Position numbers and translations under genes: made by a program. Shown piece after piece: positions 26,641 to 40,440 of a stretch of 64,000 bases of DNA. Every line of letters begins with the position of its first letter. Position 1 is the first letter of the stretch. Source of the DNA: the human T2T-CHM13v2.0 reference genome, Homo sapiens; the NCBI RefSeq assembly GCF_009914755.1, contig NC_060930.1; one strand, 5' to 3'. The notes under the pieces were generated by a model. The model had not been told where the DNA came from. It saw nothing but the letters and a program-made list of their open reading frames with translations, and did not search any database.

Positions 26641-28600
26641 TTTTTTTTTTCTTTTTTTATTTTTATTGATCATTCTTGGGTGTTTCTCACAGAGGGGGAT
26701 TTGGCAGGGTCATGGGACAATAGTGGAGGGAAGGTCAGCAGATAAACAAGTGAACAAAGGTCTCTGGTTTTCCTAGGCAGAGGACCCTGCGGCCTTCCGC
26801 AGTGTTTGTGTCCCTGATTACTTGAGATTAGGGAGTGGTGATGACTCTTACGGAGCATGCTGCCTTCAGGCATCTGTTTAACAAAGCACATCTTGCACCG
26901 CCCTTAATCCATTTAACCCTGAGTGGACACAGCACATGTTTCAGAGAGCACAGGGTTGGGGGTAAGGTCACAGATCAACAGGATCCCAAGGCCAAAGAAT
27001 TTTTCTTAGTACAGAACAAAATGAAAAGTTTCCCATGTCTACTTCTTTCTACACAGACACGGCAACCATCCGATTTCTCAATCTTTTCCCCACCTTTCCC
27101 CCCTTTCTATTCCACAAAACCGCCATTGTCATCATGGCCCGTTCTCAATGAGCTGTTGGGTACACCTCCCAGACGGGGTGGCGGCCGGGCAGAGGGGCTC
27201 TTCACTTCCCAGTAGGGGTGGCCGGGCAGAGGTGCCCCTCACCTCCCGGACGGGGCGGCTGGTCGGGCGGGGGGCTGACCCCCCCACCTCCCTCTCGGAC
27301 GGGGCGGCTGGCCGGGCAGAGGGGCTCCTCACTTCCCAGTAGGGGCGGCCAGGCAGAGGCGCCCCTCACCTCCTGGACGGGGCGGCTGGCCGGGCGGGGG
27401 GCTGACCCCCCCACCTCCCTCCCGGACGGGGCAGCTGGCCGGGCAGAGGGGCTCCTCACTTCCCAGTAGGGGCGGCCGGGCAGAGGCGCCCCTTACCTCC
27501 CGGACGGGGCGGCTGGCCGGGTGGGGGGCTGACCCCCCCACCTCCCTCCCGGACGGGGCGGCTGGCCGGGCGGGGGGCTGACCCACCCACCTCCCTCCCG
27601 GACAGGGCGGCTGGCCGGGCAGGGGGCTGACCCCCCCACCTCCCTCCCGGACAGGGCGGCTGGCCTGGCGGGGGCTGACCCCCACCTCCCTCCCGGACGG
27701 GGTGGCTGCCGGGCGGAGACGCTCCTCACTTCCCAGACGGTGTGGTTGCCGGGCGGAGGGGCTCCTCATTTCTCAGATGGGGCGGCTGCCGGGCGGAGGG
27801 GCCCCTCACTTCTCAGATGGGGCGGTTGCCAGGCGGAGGGTCTCCTCACTTCTCAGACGGGGCGGCCGGGCAGAGACGCTCCTCACCTCCCAGACGGGGT
27901 CGCGGCCGGGCAGAGGCACTCCTCACATCCCAGACGGGGCGGCGGGGCAGAGGCGCTCCCCACATCTCAGACCATGGGCGGCCGGGCAGAGACGCTCCTC
28001 ACTTCCTAGATGGGATGGCGGCCGGCCAGAGACGCTCCTCACTTTCCAGACTGGGCAGCCAGGCAGAGGGGCTCCTCACGTCCCAGACGATGGGCGGCCA
28101 GGCAGAGACGCTCCTCACTTCCCAGACGGGGTGGCGGCCGGGCAGAGGCTGCACTCTCGGCGCTTTGGGAGGCCAAGGCAGGCGGCTGGGAGATGGAGGT
28201 TGTAGCAAGCCGAGATCATGCCACTGCACTCCAGCCTGGGCACCATTGAGCACCGAGTGAACCAGACTCCGTCTGCAATCCCGGCACCTCGGGAGGCTGA
28301 GGCTGGCGGATCACTCGCGGTTAGGAGCTGGAGACCAGCCTGGCCAACACAGCAAAACCCCGTCTCCACCAAAAAAATACGAAAACCAGTCAGGCGTGGC
28401 GGCGCGCCTGCAATCGCAGGCACTCGGCAGGCCGAGGCAGGAGAATCAGGCAGGGAGGTTGCAGTGAGCCGAGATGGCAGAAGTACAGTCCAGCTTCGGC
28501 TTGGCATCAGAGGGAGACCGTGGGAAGAGAGGGAGAGAGAGACCGTGGGGAGAGGGGGAGGGGGAGGGGGAGGGGGAGAGGGAGAGGGAGAGGGAGAGGG
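26641..28600 (-). mobile_element. Full-length SVA retrotransposon
   Basis: On -: (CCCTCT/CCCCCT)n hexamers ~28547-28600, Alu-like domain ~28160-28495, GC-rich VNTR ~27165-28150, SINE-R ~26665-27160, AATAAA and poly(A). Perfect 18-bp TSD agctcagtttttattttc at 26623-26640 and 28601-28618; L1-endonuclease-type TTTC/AA site. Confidence 0.97.
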
Positions 28601-28747
28601 AGCTCAGTTTTTATTTTCAACAACAAATTCTGTTAGTTGTTTTCCTTAAAGTGGCAGGCTTGCTTTGTTCATGTTCAAGAAAATGTCGGCCAAATATCCC
28701 AGCTGGAACAACCATAATTTGTCATTCATACTTTTTAGTAAACTTGG

Positions 28748-29385
<638 letters not shown>

Positions 29386-29810
29386 CATGGTATTCCATGA
29401 AAAAAGCAAGCAGTTCATTTTGCAACTTAAACTGTATAATACATGCTTTTTCCTGGGACTGCCATGGTGCTTCAGTAGTCCACAGAAGTACTTTATGTGT
29501 ACCTACTATTTTGGGACACAAGGGTATTAAAAACCATGTACTCAAGGGCTGATATTTAATAAAATTAATAATTTTTACTGCCGTATCAAAGATGTTCTTA
29601 AGTGAGGCTGGCTTTTTTTTTCTTTCTTTTTTTTAATCTATGACTACTGGTGCAGTTGGTACCTCTACCTTGATTAGTGTTAAAGAGCTTGCAGTTTGAC
29701 CCACTGTTGATTTTGCACCATGGGTACAAATGTGAACACGGAAGAAGGCAAATTATGTCCTAGTATTATGATGAAAGTAGAGTCTTTTGCTGGGACTTGA
29801 TGCTACAGGC

Positions 29811-29995
29811 CAGTAGTTCTCAAAGCCTGGTTCCCTGACCAGCAGCATTAGCATCTCTTGGGAGCTTATTAGAAATGCGAACACCTGGGCCCTTCCCTTC
29901 CCTTTCAGTGTCCAGTTCCTGTGGGGTGGGGCTGGGCTGCTTCAGCTGCCCCAGGAGACTGAGAGAGTCTGCTGAATTTGAGAAAGTCCACTCTG
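29811..29995. mobile_element. MER5A-like hAT MITE
   Basis: cagtagttctcaaag...cagcagcattagcatctcttgggagcttattagaaatgc...tttgagaaagtccactctg. Confidence 0.65.
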
Positions 29996-32600
29996 CTTTC
30001 TGGAAGGACTGGCGGGGCCGGAGGGCAGGGAGGATGAGTAAGTTAGGGACAGAGTGTTCTCGTGTTTGTAGAGGATGTGATGCAGCCTGGACTTCAGGCA
30101 GTAGGAAGAAGATGGAATGGATTTGCTAGAGAGAGATTCTCTAGAACTTTATTGCAGGTAGACCACATAAAAGCTTAGAAAACAGCTGCGCTTTGCTCCG
30201 AGACCTGCCAGCCATCAGGGACGGATGAGTTTTAAAGGCCCTTACTGCTTTGTGTCTTGAGGGAATATCTTTTATTAATCGTGAAAAAATCAATCCAGAT
30301 AACTTGCCTGAGTCATTTCAGTCTCCTTTTTGAGGATGCCTGCTTAAACAGCGACCATGGTCTCTGGAGGGGTAGAGTCTCACATTCGGAGTTCAGTCTC
30401 TTAGAAAGTACAGTTCAGTGTGGAAGAATGGCAGTTATGATTTCATTCAGATGTGCCCAGCTGCTGACAAATTGAATACAACGATCAGTGGCAGGCAGAA
30501 CTCTCATTTGTTGTGTGTTGTCTTGAGTCTGGTGAGGTGTATCCTTTCACTATTGGATTTTACCATTCAGTGCAGTCAGTAGCTCCATTTGATGTAAGTG
30601 TAAAGATGGGTCTCTCATTTCAGTTTCAGCAATTATTCTTAAAACTTTTATTTTCCAGTGTTTTAAAGTTTTTAAATTTTATATCTTTTTTTTTTTTTTA
30701 AACAGATTTGTAAGACTCCAGGGCCTCCCAGCCGTGAATAATCTGATGGTTCCTGAAATGACTGGGGAAGCAGACGCTTCGTATGGCAGTTGAAGAGTGT
30801 GTGTCTATGTGCATTTAAAACCTTCTTTCTGTACTTACACATTCACACGGGAAGACAGGCTCATTCTTGTGCACACTTGAGAGTTTTACAACTGATGAAA
30901 ATTAATTTAAGAATCAGATGGAGCAACTTGACGCCAGTGGGCTCAGGAGCCCGGGGAGAAAAATACATCACTAATGGCCAGTTTTCCATATGGTCTGCAC
31001 GGGTAAAGAAAGTCTGCAAAAAGAAGAAAAAAAAATTTGCGCAGATTAAACCACAAAAATATTCTCCAGTTTAAAGAAGGAACTAAGTGAGAAGGTGACT
31101 GAGAAAGAAGTGTGATTTCAAACATTGCAGCGGCTCACACAGTGTTTGTTGCACTTTATTTTTCAGTGGGTTTGGTGATTTGGATGGATTAAAATTCTAG
31201 ACTGAAAAGTAACTCCTACTGTGGTTATGGCTAGAGGAAAGCAAGTTCAAGTATGATGGGACAAGTTTGAATAATGAACTGATTCCTTTGCCTATCTTAA
31301 TTAACTGTATTTGAGAAATTTTAATTTATTATTCCCCCCTTTTTTTCCTGCATCTATAGGATAATATTGTAAAATAGCAATTGAAACCAATAATCATTAA
31401 ATAAATATCAAGGAAAATCCAAGCAAAGCTTTCTTTTTGTTGGACTAGTGGTGTGGTGTTTGGAGACAGTCTCTGAATGTGAACAGGAAAGCACCCATCA
31501 GCAAAACACGATCACTCTCTAGGGAGACAGCTGGGGGAATCTGACTCTGGCTTCTGCTTTTGTTTTAAGGGATTAACTTCCCTGTCAAGTCCAAGAAGAC
31601 TTGCGTATGAGAAGATTACCTGATGGACTTAATTCTAAGATTAGCTTTTTTCATCAAGATGGAAAAAGATCTTTAGGAGCAGAAAAGGGGAGTGCTAACT
31701 GGGGGAGCGAGAAGGGAGACGAGCAAAAGAAACAAAATCTTGCCACGTGGCTCTGTTTTGTCAGCAAGAGGATTTAAGACTCACCCAGGGCAAACACTGG
31801 GACCACTGTAAGAGCGCTGGAACATTCTGCCTCTTGAGTGAAGGGGCCTTCTTTCTAGCCTCTATGGCACTGAGGGGTGCGCCGGCTGGTGGAGGAGTAG
31901 TCCGATGGAGCCCTGCGTTCCCCGGGGACACAGGGCCAAGCTTTGAGGTGGAAAGTTTCTGGTTCTGAAACAACAAGGAGAGAGTCTGTTTTTCTTCCTA
32001 AAATTTGGACTCTTGTCTGCACAAACTCTGGTCTGTTTTGCACGGTTTGTGTGCCTTTTTTTCCCTTTATGCAATCTTTTTCAGCTTTAGCAGCAGAAAT
32101 TTGTCTAGTTCAGGAAACATGCTAGAGGGTGGCTTCAGAAGGAAGATGATCCTGTGTATTCTGTCTCTGCATCCGAACTTTTGAAGAGAAAAATTCGAGC
32201 TAGAGGGATTCTTAAAGCCTTAAGTTACTTGAAATCTATGTATTTGCAACCCTTTGTCTCTGGAATCATATTACACTAAACTGGAATCTCAGGCTGAATG
32301 AGAATAACCAAGTGGAGTAAAAAGAAGAAAACCGTTTCTTGATCACCACTTAATTAACGATGCTCTTTCTCCAAAGGATCAGCACGTTCTTCCTCTGAGA
32401 ACTTGAAAATACAAATGGACCCCATGTTTTTTTAAGCATTACCTTTTCTTAGAAGACTGCCATCATCTTTTATAGAGGAATTTTTTCACTATGCATTCAG
32501 TGGATCTTTATAAAATACTGACCTTCTAATTAGATTCAGGTCAGTCTTAATTAAAGGGGGAAAAAAGCAACGCAAGCCAACCACAAAAACACATATACCA

Positions 32601-32651
32601 ATGAAAGAAATTGGTTTAAATTTCACAGCATTAACATTACTTTTTAAGTAA
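32601..32651 (+). promoter_or_regulatory. uORF (MKEIGLNFTALTLLFK*) ending 20 nt before the TULP4 ATG
   Basis: ATG at 32601 to TAA at 32649-32651, read directly; translation not shown. Confidence 0.5.
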
Positions 32652-32671
32652 AACAGTTCATTGAAGAAAGT

Positions 32672-32923
32672 ATGTATGCAGCAGTGGAACATGGGCCTGT
32701 GCTTTGCAGTGACTCCAACATCCTGTGCCTGTCCTGGAAGGGGCGTGTCCCCAAGAGTGAGAAGGAGAAGCCTGTGTGCAGGAGACGCTACTATGAGGAA
32801 GGCTGGCTGGCCACGGGCAACGGGCGAGGAGTGGTTGGGGTGACTTTCACCTCTAGTCACTGTCGCAGGGACAGGAGTACTCCACAGAGGATAAATTTCA
32901 ACCTCCGGGGCCACAATAGCGAG
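32672..32923 (+). CDS. TULP4: TULP4 first coding segment (residues 1-84, start of WD40-like region); CDS continues beyond the window
   Basis: MYAAVEHGPVLCSDSNILCLSWKGRVPKSEKEKPVCRRRYYEEGWLATGNGRGVVGVTFTSSHCRRDRSTPQRINFNLRGHNSE matches the recalled TULP4 N-terminus; 252 nt, phase-0 GT donor, A at -3. Confidence 0.95.
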
Positions 32924-33822
32924 GTGAGCTGTGGTTTTGTTTCACTTTTTGGTCACTTCCAGTGGTGTTTTTGAGCCCCTTGTGGACTTGAAACTTCCTT
33001 CATTTCAGTTTCATAGACTTGCTGCCTAGTGAGACTTCCCATGCTGTGAGTTCTGTCTCTTATTCTCTGGCAGAAAAGATGCAGATGCTAAGATGGACAT
33101 AGTTCACAGTAGGCTGCGCCTCCCCAGGTGGGTCAGTTGTCCCTGGCACCCCTGCTGTCCTCTCCCTGCACTGTCTCTCTTAGAGGGTCCGGGCAGTGGG
33201 AAGACGCCCAGCAGTAGGGAGGCCAGGGCGCTTTCTAACCAGGGTGGGGGGTTAAATTAGATGATCCTAACCAACTTTTCGTGCTCCAAGTCTACATGGC
33301 AAAGAGTTACCCCCACCCCTGATGTCCCACTGACAGTGTGAAAAATGAAAGTGGTGCTGCCTTTACCTTGCACGGTTAACATCTACGTTCCTTTGGTGAT
33401 GGCTTAACACTTGGCTTGTATGTTTTCGTACTTGGAGGTAAAGAAGTAGTTAATGGACAAAAACCATAGTTTTTCACATGTATAGGGTATATTATATTGA
33501 GGCTATTATGCCATATATTTGTACATGTAGATTTCTCTGGGCTTCTAAAATATAAGCAGTGGGATTATGAAATTCATGCAACCAACATTTATTGAGCAAT
33601 ACTTAAGTGTTAGGCATTGTGTTTTAAAGAAGAGCGTGATTGGTAATTTCTTGCAAAGTTTTGCTTGTATGGCACCTTCGCAATATTCATGTTTTACTCT
33701 TCACTAGCTTATTTGGGTATTTTTAAAATGAGGAATCCATGACTATTTCAGGCATCTTAAAAATGTCATTAAATGGTTATTAAATAGCTACTGTAAAGGA
33801 GCAGGAATTTTTTCAAGTATAG

Positions 33823-34138
33823 GTCTTAGTCCATTTGTGCTACTATAACAAAATATAGACAGGGTGGCTTATAAACAGTAGAAATTTATTTCTCACAGTT
33901 CGGGAGGCTGAAAGTCTCAAGATCCGGGGCTAGTATGGTAGAGTTTTTGATTTCTTCTTGGTGGAAAGAGGATGAGAGTGTCTCTGAGGCCTCTTTTATG
34001 AGGCCACTAATCCCATACATGAGGGCTCCATTCTCATGACTTAATCACCTCCTATAAAGACCCTACCTCTTATTACCATCACCTAGGGAGATTCACCATA
34101 CAAATTTTGGGGGCACACAAACATTGAGATCATAGCAA
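33823..34138 (-). mobile_element. MLT1A-type MaLR LTR
   Basis: gtcttagtccatttgtgctactataacaaaata...aaatttatttctcacagttcgggaggctg. Confidence 0.8.
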
Positions 34139-34283
34139 TATAAACATTCAGTAAGGTGCACTAAACTTAACTCTCGATTATTTTTATATGCAGTCACCCA
34201 TGTAAGCGCCAACAATATCAAAATATAGAGCATTTCCAGCACCAGTTACGGGTACTTGGTGCTCCTTCCCAGATTTTACATTC

Positions 34284-34643
34284 TGTCTTAATCCATTCCT
34301 GCTGCTGAAACAAAATATCTTAGACTGGGTAATCCATAAACAACAGAAATTTATTGCTTACAGTTCTGAAGACTGGGAAGTCCAAGATCAAGATGTTAGC
34401 AGTTTCAGTGTCTGGTGAGGGCTCTCTCCTCCATAAATGACACCTCGTTCCTGTGTCCTCACATGGTGGAAGGGGCAAGGGAAGCTTCCTTGGGCCTATC
34501 TTACAAGGGTAGGAATCCCATTTATGAGGGCAGAGCCCTCAAGACCTGATCACCTCCCAAAGGTCCCACCTCTTGATACCACCACATGGGGATTAGGTTT
34601 CAACATTGAATTTTGTGGGGATGGAAACATTCAGATCCTAGCA
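34284..34643 (-). mobile_element. MLT1A-type MaLR LTR
   Basis: tgtcttaatccattcctgctgctgaaacaaaatatcttagactgggtaat...cattcagatcctagca. Confidence 0.8.
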
Positions 34644-35289
34644 CGCCCCTCCTGAGAAGTAACTCATATTCTGACTTCTGTCACTGCTTAATGGAAATGG
34701 AATCCTTCATTACATACTCTCTGTGTCTGGCTTCTTTCACTCAACGTGATGTCTGTGAGATTCATCCCTGTTGTGTATATTATTAGTTTGTTCTTTTTAA
34801 CTGATGTGAATTGTCCACTGAAGGAAGATACCTGGTGTTTTTCTTCTCCTGTTCCTGGGTATTTGGATTGCTTCCAGTTTTTGGCTGTTGTGACTAATGC
34901 TGCTATGAACGTTTGTGTGCGTGTCTTTGTATGGACCTGTGCATTCAGAAGGTGGAATTTCTAAGTCATAGTGTTGCATGTGTTTAGGTTTAGTAGAAAT
35001 TGCCTGTTTTCCAAAGTGGTTGTACTATTTACACCTCATCATTAATGTATGAAAGTTTTAGTTGTAAGGCCAAGAGTATTTTGAGATTCATTTTTCCACT
35101 GAGTTTAATTTATGAAGAGGCTTCTTTTGAATTTGAACTTTTTCCATTAAAAACAGTGGTTTTATGCAAGAAATTATGTTTTACAAATAATATATTGGGC
35201 ATATACATACAGGCATGCACACATTTCCCCCCCTCAACACACACACATATCTGTACCTTTGAAGTGGATACGCTTCAAATTTTTTTTTT

Positions 35290-35760
35290 TATTCTTATGT
35301 AACAAATCACCCCAGACTTGGTGGCTTAACACGTTACCCATTTTTAGTCTCACAGTTCTGTAGTTCTGAAGCCCTGTTATGGTATGTCTGGGGCCTCTGC
35401 TTAGGTCTCCCAGGCTGGGAAACGTGGTACCAGCCAGGACTGCTAGCTCCTCTGAGGCTCAGGGCCTTCTTCCAAGCTCATTCAGGTTGTTGGCAGAAAT
35501 CAGTTCCTTGTGGTTGTAGGACTGAGGACCTCCGGTCTTAGAGGCCCTCACTAGTCCCAGCCATGTGGCCCTCTCCACAGCATGCAGTTTGCTTCTTCAA
35601 GGCCAGGAGGAGAGTATCTGCTGTAGCTTCAAATCTTTCTGACTTTTCATGTCTGAAAAATGGCACCCCTGAGCCGGCCATGCTCACCTCCACTCCTGGG
35701 GAGGGGATTACACTGGGTGTGCATACCAGGGGGTGTGGTTTTAGAATTCTGCCTACCACA
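35290..35760 (-). mobile_element. MLT1D/E-type MaLR LTR
   Basis: gtaacaaatcaccccagacttggtggctta...ttagaattctgcctaccaca. Confidence 0.7.
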
Positions 35761-35851
35761 AAAGAGAAGATTCCAATTCACAGACAGTAGTCTGGCTGTC
35801 TCACTGCTGAAACTGTTTTGCATGATTTTTCCACATTGCATTTTTACTTTT

Positions 35852-36794
35852 TTGGTTTTTTTTTGAAGGGTACCTGTGCACAACATGCAGGTTTGTTACA
35901 TAGGTATACATGTGCCGTGTTGGTTTGCTGCACCCATTAACTCATCATTTACATTAGGTATTTCTTCTAATGCTATTCCTCCCCCTGCCCCCCACCCCAC
36001 GACAGGCCCCCATATGTGATGTTCCCCGCCCTGTATCCAAGTGTTCTCATTGTTCAGTTCCCACCTATGAGTGAGAACATGCGGTGTTTGGTTTTCTGTC
36101 CTTGTGATAGTTTGCTGAGAATGATGGTTTCCAGCTTCATTCATGTCCCTGCAAAGGACATGAACTCATCCTTTTTTTATGGCTGCATAGTATTCCATGG
36201 TGTATATGTGCCACATTTTCTTAATCCAGTCTATCACTGATGGACATTTCGGTTGGTTCCAAGTTTTTGCTATTGTGAATAGTGCCGCAATAAACATATG
36301 TGTGCATGTGTCTTTATAGTAGCATGATTTGGGGTATATACCCAGTAATGGGATGGCTGGATCAAATGGTATTTCTAGTTCTAGATCCTTGAGGAATCAC
36401 CACACTGTCTTCCACAATGGTTGAACTAGTCTACACTCCCACCAACAGTGTAAAAGCGTTCCTATTTCTCCACATCCTCTCCAGCACCTGTTGTTTCCTG
36501 ACTTTTTAATGATCACCATTCTAACTGGTGTGAGATGGTATCTCATTGTGGTTTTGATTTGCATTTCTCTGATGACCAGTGATGATGAGCATTTTTTCAT
36601 GTGTCTTTTGGCTACATAAATGTCCCCTTTTGAGAAGTGTCTGTTCATATCCTTTGCCCACTTTTTGACGGGGTTGTTTGTTTCTTTCTTGTAAATTTGT
36701 TTAAGTTCTTTGTAGATTCTGGATATTAGCCCTTTGTCAGATAGGTAGATTGCAAAAATTTTCTCCCATTTTATAGGTTGCCTGTTCACTCTGA
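35852..36794 (-). mobile_element. 5'-truncated L1PA (3' UTR and ORF2 C-terminus) with 15-bp TSD
   Basis: ORF 36397-36789 gives the L1 ORF2 end ([29 protein letters not shown]...[18 protein letters not shown]); TSD tgcatttttactttt at 35837-35851 and 36795-36809. Confidence 0.95.
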
Positions 36795-36814
36795 TGCATT
36801 TTTACTTTTAGTTA

Positions 36815-37111
<297 letters not shown>

Positions 37112-37283
37112 CTACTGCCCAGTGCCTGACGTGGTTTCAGACATCTTACCTCATGTTGTTTACAGCAGACTCATGGGAAGATATCATTATTTCCATTTTA
37201 TAGGGAAGAAAACTCAGGCTTTAAAGATGTTAAATAACCTGCCTAAATTCATGCAGCTTGTATGGAGGAGAACTGGAATCTAG

Positions 37284-37707
<424 letters not shown>

Positions 37708-39102
37708 CACAATTGTTAAATCTAAGGGCTCTGAAAATAGCAAGTTTTTGTATAATTGTTTCAATGGCAAGACCTGGCCTGGACTGATGTGAAGCCGCTG
37801 GTTGTTGTTATTCCATCACTTCAGCTGCAGAAATACTGTGTTTTATTGTGGGGGCTGCCCAGACCTGTGGGTGGCACTAGATAATTGACAGGAGCTCCCC
37901 TTGTAGGACTTTGCTAAGATTTAAAAAATTCTGAATTCAAAATACTTGTCTCTAAGGATTCTCAATCAGGGGTTGTGAACTTGTGTCTTCATTTAAGGGA
38001 ATCATCAAAAGAAACCTTGGGTTTTATTTAATTTGGTTTTTCATTTCCGGGAAGGCTGACATTTAACTCATCTCTGCCCTTACTTAGTTACCTTATCTTC
38101 ACTCCCTTCTACCACAAGAAGCAGAAAAACCCTGTGTCCCCACCGGCCATCCCTTAAGAACACTACTGAAAGAACCATTGCAAGATTTTATTTCTGGCCA
38201 CGGAACTAACTAAATTGAAGGGGTCAGATCTAGTCGTCTGCTAATTTCACAACTGAATTAAAAAGGAAAAAAATCTGAATGAAAGATAATTTATTTCACC
38301 CTCAGCTAGTATGTAAAATCTGTTTTATATTATGTAAGTATTTAACAAATCTTAACAGTTTTGGAATTATAAATGTATTCAGTTAGATAAATTGAATCTG
38401 AAATTAAATACTGTGATAAATGTTTGTCTAGTCTTTGAGACTAGTTTGCCTTTCTCACATTGTGTATTCTGTTGTTAGAAATTTGTGATAAAATGGTATT
38501 AGCTATATTTGCCAGAGTGAAACATATAGTAGAGGAATTCTTATCCTGTGATACATAGCTTCATATTTGGTAAATATGTTAATGGTGCTAATCAGATGGT
38601 GAAAATATATGCCCCCCTCAATCCTGAAAGCACCTTTCATAAAAAAGAACCACTACCACAAAAAATGAATGATCAGCCAAACCAACTTTTCCCAAAGCAA
38701 CTTTCTATGGCATTTGGGGACGGAAACAAAATAATCCTTTTACCAGTATCTCTTTTGAAACCTTTGATTAGCAGTGTTATGGAAGAGGAATAGATGTGTG
38801 CTTACCTACTGAAACTCCAAGGGGGACTCTTCGTGGCTGGCTGAGAAGTGATGCTTTTTTAGAATTATTTGTCCTTTTACTGTGAAGCAGTAATTCAAGA
38901 AAGATGAGTTTTTCTTTTAAAAGAGTCCTCAATAGGTGGGCAGGTATGTCAGGCAAAATAATGATTATGTTCCATAATGAAGATTATTTCAGAAAATAAT
39001 TACTTGGGAATGTTTTTATTCTATGAAACAATTTCTTACAGATATTGTAGATGTCGTGCAAATTAATCAAGGTTATTTGTACTGATTGTCATTTAACAGG
39101 AA

Positions 39103-39413
<311 letters not shown>

Positions 39414-39639
39414 TGACTTGAGAATAAGCAGGCAGCTATGTGTAGTTGCTGGAATTCGTTTTGTTATAAGGACACGACTACTGTAGCAATGGTCTCACCT
39501 GAATTCTTGGATTGGGTACATCTTCTCCGATATGCTTTCTCTGACCCTGCCCCTTGTCCCTGTTGTACACTTAACAGACTTCTCTGGTTGCGCTGATCAT
39601 GCTTTATTATAGTTATCTGCTTGCCTCGTTTGGTAAAAC

Positions 39640-40440
39640 TTATTGGAAGATCAATGTACCCTGTCATTCTTAACTTCCTCACCTCTCATTGTTTAGAATA
39701 TCAATTATTTATTTATTTTTTAAAAAAATTTTCTTTAACTTTTTGGCCCACTTCAGTGTGCTTTCTTTCCTTATTCTACTGAAATGATCTCCTCAATGAC
39801 CACACATTGCTAAACTCATAGGTTTTTGGTGTTTTGTTTTTGTTTTTAAACTGCACTTGATGTCTCAGTAGCATCAGTAGAATTGAAATGTTGTCCAGGA
39901 CACCAGGCTCTCCTGGTTTTCCTGTTACTGTTCTGGCCTCTGCTTTCCGCCTTTCTTTGCTGGCTCTGCCTTTTTTTTGCCTCATCTTTAAATGTTAACG
40001 GGCACCAGGCATGCATATTTTTCTGTATTTCCTCTCTATGTTGGCTTTAAATCTCCCTACATGCTATGACTCCAGATACCTCTCTCTGTCTGCCATCTCC
40101 TTCTAGTTCCAGACTTCATTCTCCAACTTGATATATGAGATACAAAAGTGGACACCAGTCAGGCCTCGCAGACTATCGGTCACCCAGACAGAACTCATTT
40201 CCCCCCGCCCTTTGAACCTCAGATCAGTTCCATGCACTGTTTCCCCATTTTAGTAGATGGCCCAAGACCAGCCAGTCAGTTCAGCTCTCAACTCAGGAAT
40301 CTCCCTGCGCTTCCCTTGTCCCCAAGTCTTGTTATTAGCAAGACCTCCCACTGTATCTGACTTCCAGATAATATCTGAAACGTGCTCACTTCACCACCAT
40401 GCCTAGCATAAACCTCCTCATGAATCTCTTGACTTAAACT
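39640..40440. mobile_element. L2 fragment
   Basis: Pyrimidine-rich L2-like motifs (ctactgaaatgatctcctcaatgacc; atgctatgactccagatacctctctc...ttccagacttcatt). Confidence 0.5.

Larger units (their letters stand above)
30706..32923 (+). ncRNA. TULP4: 2218-nt TULP4 exon (long 5' UTR plus start of CDS); circTULP4-forming exon
   Basis: Acceptor T14-aaacAG| at 30705, donor GAG|gtgagc at 32923, no recognisable TE inside. A brain-enriched circTULP4 of about this size from the ATG-containing exon is known (from memory, not checked against a database). Confidence 0.8.

Noticed and set aside
27165-28150. Regularly spaced ~37-50-bp repeats resembling a CRISPR array or a CpG-island promoter
   Set aside because: Tandem SVA VNTR units with no unique spacers, in a eukaryotic context with no cas genes.
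32672-32974. 100-aa ORF as a complete single-exon gene
   Set aside because: The last 16 residues (VSCGFVSLFGHFQWCF) are read-through past a consensus GAG|GTGAGC donor; the real CDS is spliced at 32923.
36397-36789. 130-aa ORF with a cysteine-rich motif
   Set aside because: It is the C-terminus of L1 ORF2 in a 5'-truncated, promoterless L1PA copy.
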